Shown one piece after another: positions 1 through 10,156 of a stretch of 64,000 nucleotides of DNA; the first letter of the stretch is position 1, and the number at the start of each line of letters is the position of its first letter. The stretch comes from Candidatus Hadarchaeum sp. (GTDB lineage Archaea; Hadarchaeota; Hadarchaeia; Hadarchaeales; Hadarchaeaceae), in contig NZ_JAVZIN010000001.1 in the NCBI RefSeq assembly GCF_038871235.1, positions 86,508-150,507 on the forward strand, written 5' to 3'. The notes beneath the pieces are model-generated. The model searched no databases. It saw only the letters and a list, made by a program, of their open reading frames with translations, and was not told where the DNA came from. Made by a program: the position numbers and the translations under genes.

Positions 1-686
1 ATTTCGGCCAAAATCCTTTTTGGACCATCGCGTACTAGATCCACGCTTGTCCTCCTTGCCTCCTCACTATCCCGAGCAGTCATATCCAGCGCTACCTCCT
101 CGGCACGTTCACCAATTATTCCAGAATGGGGCTCCTCCACAAAGCTTCTCAATCCCTCGGAAAGCCAGTGATATCGCCGCGCAAAGTTTTCGTTCATCCC
201 CTGCTGAACCACGGCCCAATTTCCGTTCTCATCGACGAAAAAAGCGTGGTGGTAAAGCTGATAACCATCCTGAACGCAGGCGTTGTCCACCTTTGCGGCC
301 ATCCTGCTGGCATATTTGAGCCGCTCCGTCTTTGCCGTGGTGAATGAGAAGATATCCGTCAATCCTTCAATTTCCTGTGGCACCAATTTTGACACTTTTC
401 CCTTGCCACCACAGACAGCTATTCCCAGCTCCTCGGGCATTAGTGCTTCTTTCAGGGCGCCGGTGAGCGTCGTGGTCAGACCTGAGGAGTGGAAATCAAA
501 ACCCACGATACAACCAAGTGACTGGAAGAAGAATGGGTCCGCCATCCTCTGCAAAAATTCCTCCGTGCCGTGTTCCAGCACAATGGCCTCAACTATTGCA
601 CCCGATAATTTAACCATGCGCCGGAATAGCCAAGGGGGGCAAGCCCCATAATGCAGAGGTAGTTCCGCGGTTCCGGTTCTTTTCAT
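1..686 (-). CDS. DUF763 family protein (runs off the left window edge)
   Basis: Manual translation from ATG at 686: MKRTGTAELPLHYGACPPWLFRRM...GFDFHSSGLTTT...KVDNACVQDGYQLYHH...QQGMN...ARRYHW; absent from ORF track because it is truncated. Confidence 0.85.
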   Translation of the reverse strand, partial: MKRTGTAELPLHYGACPPWLFRRMVKLSGAIVEAIVLEHGTEEFLQRMADPFFFQSLGCIVGFDFHSSGLTTTLTGALKEALMPEELGIAVCGGKGKVSKLVPQEIEGLTDIFSFTTAKTERLKYASRMAAKVDNACVQDGYQLYHHAFFVDENGNWAVVQQGMNENFARRYHWLSEGLRSFVEEPHSGIIGERAEEVALDMTARDSEEARRTSVDLVRDGPKRILAE

Positions 687-855
687 TTCAACACCCAATC
701 ATTTTCATGGGTGGAAACTGCACGCTTTTTCACTATCCTTTATCTTGGTCTGTTTTTTTATTTTCGATGGTGTTTGGGAAAAAGAATGCTGTGATTGTCT
801 ATAACCTAGTTACAACTAAGGCAAGATAAAAAAACAAAAAAGCAGGGGGGTGGAG

Positions 856-1071
856 TCACTTTAACAAATGATATCCCGCCGCCTTTTCTCTCGCCACGCG
901 CTTGGCAAAGCCTTTCGCGACGAGCTCCATCAGCGCGTTGTTCACCATACCCTTGGGTAGGTGCGCGGTTCGCATCACATCGTCCGCTGTTTTCAGCACC
1001 TCAGGGCTTGTCGCGCCTAGCTTTTTAAGCGCATCGTAGACCTTCTGGGCATTGGGTGTCAATTCGGCCAT
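856..1071 (-). CDS. Small basic winged-helix DNA-binding protein
   Basis: 71 aa, Lys/Arg-rich, HTH-wing pattern KTADDVMRTAHLPKGMVNNALMELVAKGFAKR; GAGGTGA RBS upstream. Confidence 0.7.
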   Translation of the reverse strand: MAELTPNAQKVYDALKKLGATSPEVLKTADDVMRTAHLPKGMVNNALMELVAKGFAKRVAREKAAGYHLLK

Positions 1072-1171
1072 ATGATCACCTCATTTTCTGCTATTCTGTC
1101 ACCGATTATCTTAAAAACGCTTACTGTTGCGGTCTCCAGTCACAAAAGACGGGTTTTGAATACCACCTCGC

Positions 1172-2023
1172 TCAAAGGGCCTCCCTTATCTTTAGCGTCA
1201 TATCTATTGAATGCGAGCGCATTGTCATGTAGCTAGTCGATATTATTTCAACGCCAGTTGCCGCATAATCGGCGATATTTGCAGGAGTTATCCCCCCAGA
1301 GGCTTCCAAGGAGACTCTCTTTCTCAAATCTGCCTTTTCAAGCAACGTGATAGTACGTTTTATCTGGTCCGGTGTCATGTTATCCAGCATCACAATATCG
1401 GCACCGGCACTCGCCGCTTCCAGCACCTCCTCTGGCGTGGTGATTTCAATCTCGATCTTTCCGAACTTGCCTACCTCCTTAAACTTCTTCACCGCGGCAG
1501 CGATGGAACCCACCAGCTTGAGATGGTTGTCCTTAATGAGAACTTGGTCGCTCAAGTTGAAACGATGAGGATGGCCGCCAGCAATCTCCACTGCGCGTTT
1601 ATCAAAATACTTTAACAGTGGGGCCGTTTTCCTCGTCGCCGCGATTATCACCTTGGGATTTTTTTCTCTCGCCAACTCGATCAGCTCACGCGTTGCCGTG
1701 GCTATGCCGCTCATTCTCATCATCAAATTCAGCGCCACTCTTTCGGCGGCCAGTATCTTTCTCGCCGGGCCGTCCAATCTCATGATCACTTCATCGGGAC
1801 GGATGCTCTCTCCATCACGACGCAAAATTTTCACCCTAACGCCAACTTCCCTGAAGACCATCGCGGCCTCCTTCACACCGGCCAGCACCCCGTCCTGTTT
1901 TGAGATAATTTCAGCCTTAGCGCGGAGCTTCGGATCAATCAGAACGTTTGAGGTCACATCTCCGCTTCCTAGGTCCTCGGCCAGCATCTCCCGGATTTTC
2001 TTTCTAAGATAGTTTTCAGTCAC
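1172..2023 (-). CDS. nadC: Nicotinate-nucleotide pyrophosphorylase (quinolinate phosphoribosyltransferase)
   Basis: EDLGSGDVTS, ERVALN, TRKT, LIKDNH, IVMLDN, EASGGI motifs. Confidence 0.97.
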   Translation of the reverse strand: MTENYLRKKIREMLAEDLGSGDVTSNVLIDPKLRAKAEIISKQDGVLAGVKEAAMVFREVGVRVKILRRDGESIRPDEVIMRLDGPARKILAAERVALNLMMRMSGIATATRELIELAREKNPKVIIAATRKTAPLLKYFDKRAVEIAGGHPHRFNLSDQVLIKDNHLKLVGSIAAAVKKFKEVGKFGKIEIEITTPEEVLEAASAGADIVMLDNMTPDQIKRTITLLEKADLRKRVSLEASGGITPANIADYAATGVEIISTSYMTMRSHSIDMTLKIREAL

Positions 2024-2948
2024 GGGTAGCCCTCCCTGAGAGCTCCAACATCCTTCCCGTCGCTCGTCGAGCCCTTGCGGCGATGGCCGGCGGAACTGTC
2101 ACCACGTGTTTCATATCCCGCAATGACTCGTATAGCTTTTGCAGGTTGTGTTTTTTCATCTGCTGACAGACAGCAGTCCCCAGCGCGGGTATAAACTCCT
2201 TTTCTGGGAACTCCCGCCTGAGGCGCTCCACCATACCTACTTCGGTGGTGATGATGAACCTTTTCGCTGGGGAGGCCTTGGCTCTGATCACCATCTGGCT
2301 GGTGCTGCACATGTGGCTGGCCAGCTTCTGTACCTCGGGGTCGCATTCAGGGTGAACCAGTACCTCGGCGTCCGGAAACCTCTCCTTTTTGAGGAGGATG
2401 TCAGCGGGAGTGAACATTCTGTGAACATAACAGTAGCCGAAATCTGGTATTGGAATAATCTTCTTGTCAGTTCTCTGCTGAACATACCAGGCCAAGTTTT
2501 TGTCAGGACCAAAAATGATTTCCTCCTCATCGAGAGCATTGACTATCTGAGCCGCGTTAGCTGAGGTGCAGACAACATCGGCCTCGGCGCGAGTTTCGGC
2601 GAGGGTGTTGATGTAAAGAACCACCGCCGCCCCGGGATACTTCAACCTGACCTCGCGGACCGTTTCAGGGGGCAGCTGGGCGGCCATCGGGCATCGGGCA
2701 TCTGGGTCCGGGATCAGAATTGTTTTATCCGGGTTCAGCATCGCCGCGGTCTGGGCCATGAAATCAACTCCGGCAAAGAGCACTACTTTCTCCTTTACCT
2801 TAGCAGAATACCTTGCTAAATCAAGCGAGTCCCCGATGTAGTCCGCAAGTAGCTGTATCTCCTCCCGCTGATAATTGTGGGCGAGGATGATGGCCTCACG
2901 CTCGGCCTTCAGCCTCAAAATTTCGTCACGAAGTTGCTCTTGCTGCAT
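2016..2948 (-). CDS. nadA: Quinolinate synthase
   Basis: ILAHNYQ, GDSLDL, CPMA, YINT, CTSANA, CYVH, HPEC motifs. Confidence 0.97.
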   Translation of the reverse strand: MQQEQLRDEILRLKAEREAIILAHNYQREEIQLLADYIGDSLDLARYSAKVKEKVVLFAGVDFMAQTAAMLNPDKTILIPDPDARCPMAAQLPPETVREVRLKYPGAAVVLYINTLAETRAEADVVCTSANAAQIVNALDEEEIIFGPDKNLAWYVQQRTDKKIIPIPDFGYCYVHRMFTPADILLKKERFPDAEVLVHPECDPEVQKLASHMCSTSQMVIRAKASPAKRFIITTEVGMVERLRREFPEKEFIPALGTAVCQQMKKHNLQKLYESLRDMKHVVTVPPAIAARARRATGRMLELSGRATRD

Positions 2949-2985
2949 ACTGACACTAAGAAAACAAGTGGGCAGAGGTTATTAA

Positions 2986-3840
2986 CTATGTGCCAACTTG
3001 AACTGTCTCGCTTAGATTTTTTAAAGTTCGTGCTACTGAAAGTGCTGCCAGATAGCTGGTTCGCGGTGACTCCGGAAAGGGCACATTAAGCGACCTAGTC
3101 AAGAGTTCGCCTGCCTCGCCGCGGATTCTAATCTCGTGGATATTTCTTTTGATTCGCGGGTCGGCAACAATCCTCACTAATGTTCTATCAAAGCCGACAC
3201 CGGCCAAGCTCAAGGTGGCGGCCACGTTGACGCTGGCTGGGAAGAACTTCACAGCCTCACGGGCTGTTCCACTAAAGATCACCTTTGGTCCCCTGAGTCC
3301 GCTTAGCTTTATTCCTTTTCTTTTGAGATATTCGTTATTCTTAAAAGCAGAAGGAGGTTTTCGCGTTGTCAGCCTCACCTCTTTAATTTCCCGTAGCGAC
3401 GAAGCCTTTGCTCCGTCAATTCCCACCACGGCGCCGGAGGGGATGTAGATCTTCCTGCCCAAGTTCATGGCTTCGGTTCGCAGACTGTTGAGGAGGTCCT
3501 CACCAGAAAGAGCGCCCACACTAAGGATGATGAGGTCTTTTCCGGACCTGAGGACGTCCAGCGAATATTGTCTGACCGCCTCCTGAGAAGCGGCCTCGAC
3601 AACTATGTCGACATCCTCGTCCTCGTAAATTTCGGCAACCCTGCGCAAAATTCTGGGCTTGTTTTTTAAGCCGGAAACCAGCCTCTTGCAGCGCTCCAGC
3701 TTCAAGTCATAGACCCAGCCCAGCTCCACCCCACCTGCTTCACCTGAATCAATCAACTGTGCCAATGCCGCGCCAATTGCGCCACAACCTATCAGGCCAA
3801 CCTTCATCTCATCCACCAAAGTTTTGAGCTCATAGGTCAT
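2986..3840 (-). CDS. nadX: L-aspartate dehydrogenase
   Basis: GLIGCGAIG, VEAAS, SGAVVGID, FPASVNVAA, PRTSYLAALS; clustered with nadA/nadC. Confidence 0.93.
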   Translation of the reverse strand: MTYELKTLVDEMKVGLIGCGAIGAALAQLIDSGEAGGVELGWVYDLKLERCKRLVSGLKNKPRILRRVAEIYEDEDVDIVVEAASQEAVRQYSLDVLRSGKDLIILSVGALSGEDLLNSLRTEAMNLGRKIYIPSGAVVGIDGAKASSLREIKEVRLTTRKPPSAFKNNEYLKRKGIKLSGLRGPKVIFSGTAREAVKFFPASVNVAATLSLAGVGFDRTLVRIVADPRIKRNIHEIRIRGEAGELLTRSLNVPFPESPRTSYLAALSVARTLKNLSETVQVGT

Positions 3841-3867
3841 TTTTCCATTGAGGGCATCCTAGTTACT

Positions 3868-4653
3868 TTAATGCGGGCTCTTAAAAGCGATTTCCAGAAG
3901 TTTTCTGTATTTTACATTATAGTTAAAGAACCCAACGGCAAGTATGAGGTAGCCCAGATCCCAGAGAACGTCGATAATGTGGCCGCTCAGGTAGGAGCTC
4001 AATATAAGGGTGTAAAGGACGTCTGCGACCGCTATTAATAACAGAGCAGCTAAAATTGTCACCCACAGCTTGAAAAGCTCTTTTCCCGAAATGTGGATCA
4101 TCGTGGTGATGAGGGCGATCAACAAAAAGGCGTCACCAATGATATAGCCTGCGGTGGTTGCCTTCTCCACAGCGGGCATGTCGACCGCTGTGAGTGTTGG
4201 CAACGAAAGGTAAAAAAAGAAGACTAAGATAATCGCTGACAGCATCAGATTGAAAATCAGCCTTTTATAATCGCGCTTTATTTTTGTCGAGTTCCAAACG
4301 AGCAAAATTCCCAGTATAAATAGAGGATAGCCGGCAATCCAAAAAACATCAGCAATGCTGGCCACGGGCGCTTCAACACCGAGAACGATTTTATATAAGC
4401 TCCAGCTTAATTCCCCAAGAAACCAGAAAAATATCCCCGCCGTCAAGAAAATCATGATTCTGCCTCTGATGTTAGAGAGACCATGCAGTTTGCAGGAAGC
4501 AGCGCCGAAAATTACTGCAAGAAGTGAGAAAAACATAGTGATGATATTGCTTACGAGGGAAAAGTCGTCGCCTAGGGGCTGAAAAATGTGGAGAAGCAAA
4601 TCAACCAAAAAGGCAATCGCTAAGCCTACAGTTGTGGGACCAAGCCTTTTCAT
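3868..4653 (-). CDS. Multi-pass membrane protein resembling a stand-alone membrane sensor domain
   Basis: About 8 hydrophobic segments; WFLGELSW and PVASIADVFWIAGYP motifs; start taken at ATG 4653. Confidence 0.65.
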   Translation of the reverse strand: MKRLGPTTVGLAIAFLVDLLLHIFQPLGDDFSLVSNIITMFFSLLAVIFGAASCKLHGLSNIRGRIMIFLTAGIFFWFLGELSWSLYKIVLGVEAPVASIADVFWIAGYPLFILGILLVWNSTKIKRDYKRLIFNLMLSAIILVFFFYLSLPTLTAVDMPAVEKATTAGYIIGDAFLLIALITTMIHISGKELFKLWVTILAALLLIAVADVLYTLILSSYLSGHIIDVLWDLGYLILAVGFFNYNVKYRKLLEIAFKSPH

Positions 4654-4735
4654 GTATGTCCTAAATGACTTGTTTTTTCGTTTTAAATGCTGTTGTGTCA
4701 ACCAGCTAAATTGCCTTTTTCCCGCGAGCGGGTCC

Positions 4736-6229
4736 TCACATCTGCAACGGGTTTAATCCCTGTTCCATCGCCCTCAGATATGGCTTGAGCCCACGCTTGA
4801 TGAACCCGATGAAAACCTTCTCCAGCATGATTCGATGGACGAACGACCTGAATTCATCCTTAGCTAGCTCGTCAATCCATTTCAGGTCATGTTTCACACA
4901 AGCGGCCAGCAGTTTCCAATGTTCTGGCATCATGTCGTTAACGGTAAATCTCCTCGCTTCACTGAGCACCCCTAGCGGCACGAAAAAGAGGGGAACGATG
5001 AGGGATTTGTACTCCTTTAGTTCCTCCACCAGTTCAATCGTCTTTACAACATCTTCTGGTTTTTCCCCGGGCAACCCCATGATCAGCGTAGAACAGGGCA
5101 CCCAGCAGTTATCGTGCAACAGCTTGTGGGCCTCAATCACCACCTCCGGCCACTGCTCTGGTTTGAATGGTGCCACCTTTCCCCGCATATTTTTTTCTAT
5201 GAGACGGGGCGACCCGGTCTCTATGCCAACCTGTCCCGCGATCCATGGTATTTTTCTGCTCGGCACCTCCATGAGCTCCTTCAGCTGCTTTATCAGCTCG
5301 GGTTTCGCCATAGCCGAGGCGAAGGCAAAGTGAGAGATATAGGCACCCCATCCCGTGACCTTTTTCACCTCTTCAAACAGCTTCAGGACCTTAGCTTCAT
5401 CAGGGATGATACTTTTCGCCCCGTATCTCAGCACATCCTCGGCATGCAGGAGGATTCTGTCGAGCCCGGCATCGAGGTTGACCTTCACCTCCTCCAGAAT
5501 TTTGTCGATCGGTCTGCATCTGAAATAGCGGAGGGTGGGAACGCAGAACTCACATCCCCTGCCGCAACCTCGGGCGATTTCAACTATCCCATTTATCGTG
5601 GCGTGTTTTATGGATGGGATTTCCTCAACGGGTACCACTTCACCCTCTACAATCCCCGGGAGCGTCTCACCTTTCAATGCCTTTTCAAATACCTTCACAG
5701 CGGTTCTTTCTCCCTCCCCTACAACCACACAATCTATCTCCAATTGTTTTCGCACCGAATCGTCCGCCAGCTGCCACGCCCCAGGGCCACCGACTATCGT
5801 CTTTAGACCATTGTCCTTAATTATGGGATTGGTGATCAGTTTCCGGAAGAAGATTGCCGAATAGGTCTCCTTACCCATCAGGCTGGAAAAAGTACTGGAA
5901 GCGGGACCTATTCCTAAGGGGTCGTTCGAGGTAATGCCCAAAACCTTGGTTTCGTTATCGATAACCTTATTCAACTGATCCGGATGCGCCACCACCACAT
6001 CGAAGCCCTTCTCTAATAGGGCGGCCTCGATCTTTCTCGTTCCTCCGGGCGCATATTTCACCACCCCGTTGTGCCGGGGCACGGGGGGACATACCACCAA
6101 CCTGTATAACCAATCTGGCACTATCTTCGGGGCGCAGGCGGCAAAGCCGAGAAACTCTGAACCGCGGTAATCGCTCATCAGGGAATACTCCGCGGTCAGA
6201 ACTATCTCGCTCAGAGCAACTACCCCCAT
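4736..6229 (-). CDS. B12-binding radical SAM protein, Grs/Gms-like tetraether-lipid-modifying family
   Basis: CGRGCEFC motif; N-terminal IVLTA..SLMSDY..GF.AC.P, YAP.G.RKIEA, DPLGIGP.S, IVGGPGAWQL. Confidence 0.8.
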   Translation of the reverse strand: MGVVALSEIVLTAEYSLMSDYRGSEFLGFAACAPKIVPDWLYRLVVCPPVPRHNGVVKYAPGGTRKIEAALLEKGFDVVVAHPDQLNKVIDNETKVLGITSNDPLGIGPASSTFSSLMGKETYSAIFFRKLITNPIIKDNGLKTIVGGPGAWQLADDSVRKQLEIDCVVVGEGERTAVKVFEKALKGETLPGIVEGEVVPVEEIPSIKHATINGIVEIARGCGRGCEFCVPTLRYFRCRPIDKILEEVKVNLDAGLDRILLHAEDVLRYGAKSIIPDEAKVLKLFEEVKKVTGWGAYISHFAFASAMAKPELIKQLKELMEVPSRKIPWIAGQVGIETGSPRLIEKNMRGKVAPFKPEQWPEVVIEAHKLLHDNCWVPCSTLIMGLPGEKPEDVVKTIELVEELKEYKSLIVPLFFVPLGVLSEARRFTVNDMMPEHWKLLAACVKHDLKWIDELAKDEFRSFVHRIMLEKVFIGFIKRGLKPYLRAMEQGLNPLQM

Positions 6230-6265
6230 TTTAACTAGTCGCTAAGATGTTACGTTGCTCTTTTT

Positions 6266-6589
6266 TCACCCTGAAATCTTCTTCAGATAGTATAGACGCC
6301 GGCGTATCTCACATCCCACTGCCCGGATGAAATCATCAGAATGCAACCTGAAATAGCGATAGGCTAACCGCCCTTCCTTTGTCACTGAGATTTCTCTCTG
6401 AACTAGTTTCAAATTAACCAGCTTCTTCAGGTGCTCTTTAACGGCCCGCTCCGATCTTTTCGTGCCAGCGACAATTTCCGCCACTGAGAGTTTTTTCTCA
6501 GTTCGCGCCAAGAGGTCCAAAATTCTCCTTCCTGTGGACTTTATCCCTAATATCTTTGCCGCTTCATGAATCATGCCTTTGTCATTCAT
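6266..6589 (-). CDS. ArsR/TrmB-like winged-helix transcriptional regulator
   Basis: LSVAEIVAGTKRSERAVKEHLKKLVNLKLVQRE HTH. Confidence 0.8.
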   Translation of the reverse strand: MNDKGMIHEAAKILGIKSTGRRILDLLARTEKKLSVAEIVAGTKRSERAVKEHLKKLVNLKLVQREISVTKEGRLAYRYFRLHSDDFIRAVGCEIRRRLYYLKKISG

Positions 6590-6629
6590 AACCTTACCCA
6601 ATATGATGATAAAAAAAGTCACTTATAAA

Positions 6630-6643
6630 TGCACACGTGTGCA
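6630..6643. promoter_or_regulatory. Perfect 14-bp palindrome TGCACACGTGTGCA abutting a minus-strand TATA box; candidate operator
   Basis: Seen directly; TTTATAAG follows immediately on the minus strand. Confidence 0.55.
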
Positions 6644-6722
6644 AAAATATCTGCATCAGAAATTATCGGGGTAAAAGTTTTAGGTTCCGCAACACGATTT
6701 TATAACAAACTTTGGTGAGCTG

Positions 6723-7742
6723 ATGAGGGCAGCGGTGATCACAAAGATTGCTCCTGTCGAAGAAAATCCACTGGAACTAGTCGACCTGATCGACCCCGTT
6801 CCCGCTGGCAATCAGATTCTGATCAAGATATCCGCTTGTGGAATCTGCCACACCGAACTGGACGAAATCGAGGGCAGAGTGCCACCGACAAGATTTCCCA
6901 TGGTGCCTGGACACGAGATAGTTGGTCGGGTGGAAAAACTTGGCCCCCAAGCTTCCAAATTTAAGGTGGGTGACCGGGTAGGGGTGGCTTGGATCAACTG
7001 GGCCTGCGGCAGATGTCACTTCTGCCTCGTCGGTGCGGAAAATCTATGCGCCGAGGCTAGATGGACGGGTAAGGATGAAGATGGAGGTTATGCCCAGTAC
7101 ACGGTCGTCTCCGAGGATTTCGCTTACCCAATACCAGAGCTATTTACCGACTTCCAAGCCGCACCACTGCTCTGCGCAGGTGTAATCGGTTACCGGGCCC
7201 TGAGGCTGTCAGGGATGGCGGATGGAAAGGTTCTCGGCCTTTATGGGTTCGGTGCCTCGGCCCACATCGTCATTCAGGTGGTCAAACACCTTCAACCTAA
7301 CTCAAGGGTCTTCGTCTTCACCAGAGTGGGACAAACGGAACATCAGGAACTGGCCCGGAAGCTAGGAGCCGATTGGGTTGGAGCCACTGGGGATACCCCT
7401 CCGGCCAAACTTGACTGCGCCATTGATTTTACTCCTGTGGGCGAACCAGTTCGGGAAGCGTTAAGAAACCTTCAGAAGGGAGGCAGAGTCGTGGTCAATG
7501 CGATCAGAAAAATAACCACCATCCCTGAGCTAAACTATGCCGAGCATCTCTGGTGGGAGAAAGAGCTGAAAAGCGTCGCCAATGTGACTCGGAGAGACGT
7601 GCGGGAGTTTTTACCCTTAGCGGCCGAAATACCGATAAAACCGCAGATCAAATTGTTTAAGCTGGAAGAAGCAAACGACGCTTTGATTCTACTCAAGCAG
7701 GGAAAAATTAGCGGCGCCGGGGTACTAAATATAAACGGATAA
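6723..7742 (+). CDS. Zinc-dependent alcohol dehydrogenase family protein
   Basis: CGICHTE, GHEIVG, CGRCHFC..C, APLLCAGVIGYRAL, GLYGFGASAH. Confidence 0.92.
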   Translation: MRAAVITKIAPVEENPLELVDLIDPVPAGNQILIKISACGICHTELDEIEGRVPPTRFPMVPGHEIVGRVEKLGPQASKFKVGDRVGVAWINWACGRCHFCLVGAENLCAEARWTGKDEDGGYAQYTVVSEDFAYPIPELFTDFQAAPLLCAGVIGYRALRLSGMADGKVLGLYGFGASAHIVIQVVKHLQPNSRVFVFTRVGQTEHQELARKLGADWVGATGDTPPAKLDCAIDFTPVGEPVREALRNLQKGGRVVVNAIRKITTIPELNYAEHLWWEKELKSVANVTRRDVREFLPLAAEIPIKPQIKLFKLEEANDALILLKQGKISGAGVLNING

Positions 7743-7835
7743 TTTTATTTACCCTCTTTAAGCGTGGTGGTGACGAAATCCAAAAATATATTATGATTCA
7801 TAAATTGTTCCTGAGATACTAGTAATGAGAGCCAG

Positions 7836-8819
7836 ATGATAGAAACTATACTCAAATGCATGCTTGGTGCCAGATGGAAAACTGCCATCTTCAGTGTTAC
7901 CTCCGCTTGCAACTGCCGGTGCTCGATGTGCAACATACCAAACCTGCCTCCTAAAAATCTTCCCATCGACGCTGCCTTTGAACTCCTGCGCCAGTGTGTG
8001 GAAAATAAAGTGGCCTTTCTTTCCCTCACCGGAGGTGAGCCTTTTCTCCACCCCCATCTTCCTGCGTTGGTAAAGAGGGCCCATGATTTGGGTATCTTCG
8101 TACACATAGCGACAAACGGAACCTTGCCCGACAGAGTCGACGAAGTAAAGGGCCACGTGGATGCGATCGGTTTTAGCATCGACAGCCATGTGAGTTCAGA
8201 ACATGACCAAAACAGGGGGCACGCTGGTGCTTTTGAAAAATGCTTGAAAAGCGTGGGAAATTGTAAAAAGTTAGGAATAAGATCTTTTGCCAACACCCCA
8301 CCCAACCGATACATAATCGAAAAAATAGAAGAATATGTCAGGTTTGTAAACGACGAAGTTGGCATTCCCGTTGGTTTCTGCTATCCCGAAACGAATGGCG
8401 GGGAATATTTTTCGAAGTGCAACAGCATCATCAGTGGCCTGAGAAATGAGCAGATAGCAGATTTCTTCAGCGCCGCGCTCAGGCTGAAAAAAATGGGTTA
8501 CGATATCATCAACACTGATATTTTTTTGCACGAGGCGATAGCATACGCAAAGGGTAATTTCAGTGACACGAGCCGTTGTGGCAGCGGGCGCGTCGTTTAT
8601 TGGATTGATTGGTCCGGAAAAGTTCACCCTTGTTTTAAAAAGAGGACGGTGTTGAACAGGAACAAGAGCTGGGAAAAATACAACCCATTTGGTTGTAATG
8701 ATTGTTTCGTTCAATGTTTCAGGGAACCGTCTTCATTTGTTTACCATCTACCCTTCTCGCTCAATGACCTGAAAACTTGGAAACGTTTTCTTGTGAAAAA
8801 ACCAAGTGGCTCAAAGTAA
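7836..8819 (+). CDS. Radical SAM protein with C-terminal SPASM/Twitch-like cysteines
   Basis: CNCRCSMC, LTGGEP, TNGT; C-terminal C..G, HPC, CNDCFVQC. Confidence 0.85.
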   Translation: MIETILKCMLGARWKTAIFSVTSACNCRCSMCNIPNLPPKNLPIDAAFELLRQCVENKVAFLSLTGGEPFLHPHLPALVKRAHDLGIFVHIATNGTLPDRVDEVKGHVDAIGFSIDSHVSSEHDQNRGHAGAFEKCLKSVGNCKKLGIRSFANTPPNRYIIEKIEEYVRFVNDEVGIPVGFCYPETNGGEYFSKCNSIISGLRNEQIADFFSAALRLKKMGYDIINTDIFLHEAIAYAKGNFSDTSRCGSGRVVYWIDWSGKVHPCFKKRTVLNRNKSWEKYNPFGCNDCFVQCFREPSSFVYHLPFSLNDLKTWKRFLVKKPSGSK

Positions 8820-8967
8820 AAACCTCATTTTTACAAACGGGAAGTCCAGAGTTTAATTTGAGGAAGCTAATGAGGGATAAAAAGTTTATTTTCCACACGC
8901 ACCAAGAAGTATATTTGTACCTCAAAACTTTTTTGATTTTAAAACTACTTAACAGTTTCAGCCAAGT

Positions 8968-9447
8968 TTACCCTCCCGGAGTTCCATGATAAGGAACGTC
9001 TCTCCAGAGGGCACTCCACCAGTCCTCCTCAGTTACCGTTTCACCTCGAATGAGAATCTCCAACACCTTTTTTAGCAATTCGTGATGTCTCTTCTCGTCC
9101 GAAAGTATCGCATCTAAAAGGAGTTTAACCTTCTCATTTTCGATGCTTGGCATCACTTCGCTGATCTTTTGAATCAGTTCTGCCTCAAGGCGGATGTGTT
9201 TTTTCACGAGTTCCTTTTGTTTGTCGAGATGCTCCTGTGTAAGGGCGCGGGTAATGCCAGTTAATAACTTAATGGCCGCATCGTACATTTCCGCGTGCTT
9301 TTTCGAATCCAAGGAGATGCCTTTAAGAGCTCCCTTCACGGCGGGATTTCCAATTTCAACCAATGCGCGGTTCAACGAGCGAGTGATCTCTTTTTCGATC
9401 TTAATTTGTTCCTCAATGAAATTTACTAAGGCTTCCTTTGATTTCAA
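8968..9447 (-). CDS. Ferritin-like/rubrerythrin-domain protein
   Basis: Two helix-pair repeats with DSKKHAE and DEKRHHE; likely TTG start at 9447. Confidence 0.75.
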   Translation of the reverse strand: MKSKEALVNFIEEQIKIEKEITRSLNRALVEIGNPAVKGALKGISLDSKKHAEMYDAAIKLLTGITRALTQEHLDKQKELVKKHIRLEAELIQKISEVMPSIENEKVKLLLDAILSDEKRHHELLKKVLEILIRGETVTEEDWWSALWRDVPYHGTPGG

Positions 9448-9594
9448 GGATTTCCCATATTTATTGTAAATTCGTTTGATAAATATTTTGCAGAAACTGA
9501 GGATCACGGAGACTGCAAAACCGATAGATGGTCAAAAGATATTAGATGGAGGACAAAAAGTCTACTAGGAAAGACTTATGAATTTGGTGATTTA

Positions 9595-10144
9595 TTGAAA
9601 AAACTTACGTCCATAACCGCCGCGATGGTCTTGGTGATTGCCCTAGCAGGGGTGGCTGGATATTTTCTAACGATGGGGAAAACCAGTCCTCAGGGTTCAG
9701 AAAATCGACCAGAGGAAAATGACATTGGCATTGGAATCGGACAAATAGCCCCGGATTTCACCCTGACTGATATCGACGGTCACCCATTCAGCCTTAGCGA
9801 TCATCGCGGCAAAATCGTGATCATCGATTTTCATGGCCACATGGTGCGGCCCCTGCGTTGCGCAGATGGGCCATCTCAAGGAAGTTTATGGCAACTACGG
9901 TAATAAAGTTGTGATAATGTCGATCGATATCGACACAAATGAGACAAACGAGACCATCCGGGTATTCAAGGAGAGATACGGTGGTGAGTGGATCTTTGCA
10001 AGTGGACCAGACGTTGGAGTAACCTACGCGGTGAGTTATATTCCGACGATATACATACTTGACCAGCAAGGGCGCATCTCACATAAAAACGTGGGCGCGA
10101 CATCCTACGCGGTCCTATCGGCTGAAATCGACAGGTTAATCTAG
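9595..10144 (+). pseudogene. TlpA/ResA-like thiol-disulfide oxidoreductase with a +1 frameshift
   Basis: TM anchor and APDFTLTDIDG..GKIVIIDF in one frame, MATWCGPC in the next; an extra T in GATTTTCATG near 9828-9831. Confidence 0.8.
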
Positions 10145-10156
10145 GTTGTCGTTGAT

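Noticed and set aside
9820-9845. mRNA BHB intron or programmed frameshift in the TlpA gene
   Set aside because: Deleting one base restores the family consensus with no extra residues; no BHB or slippery heptamer is visible.
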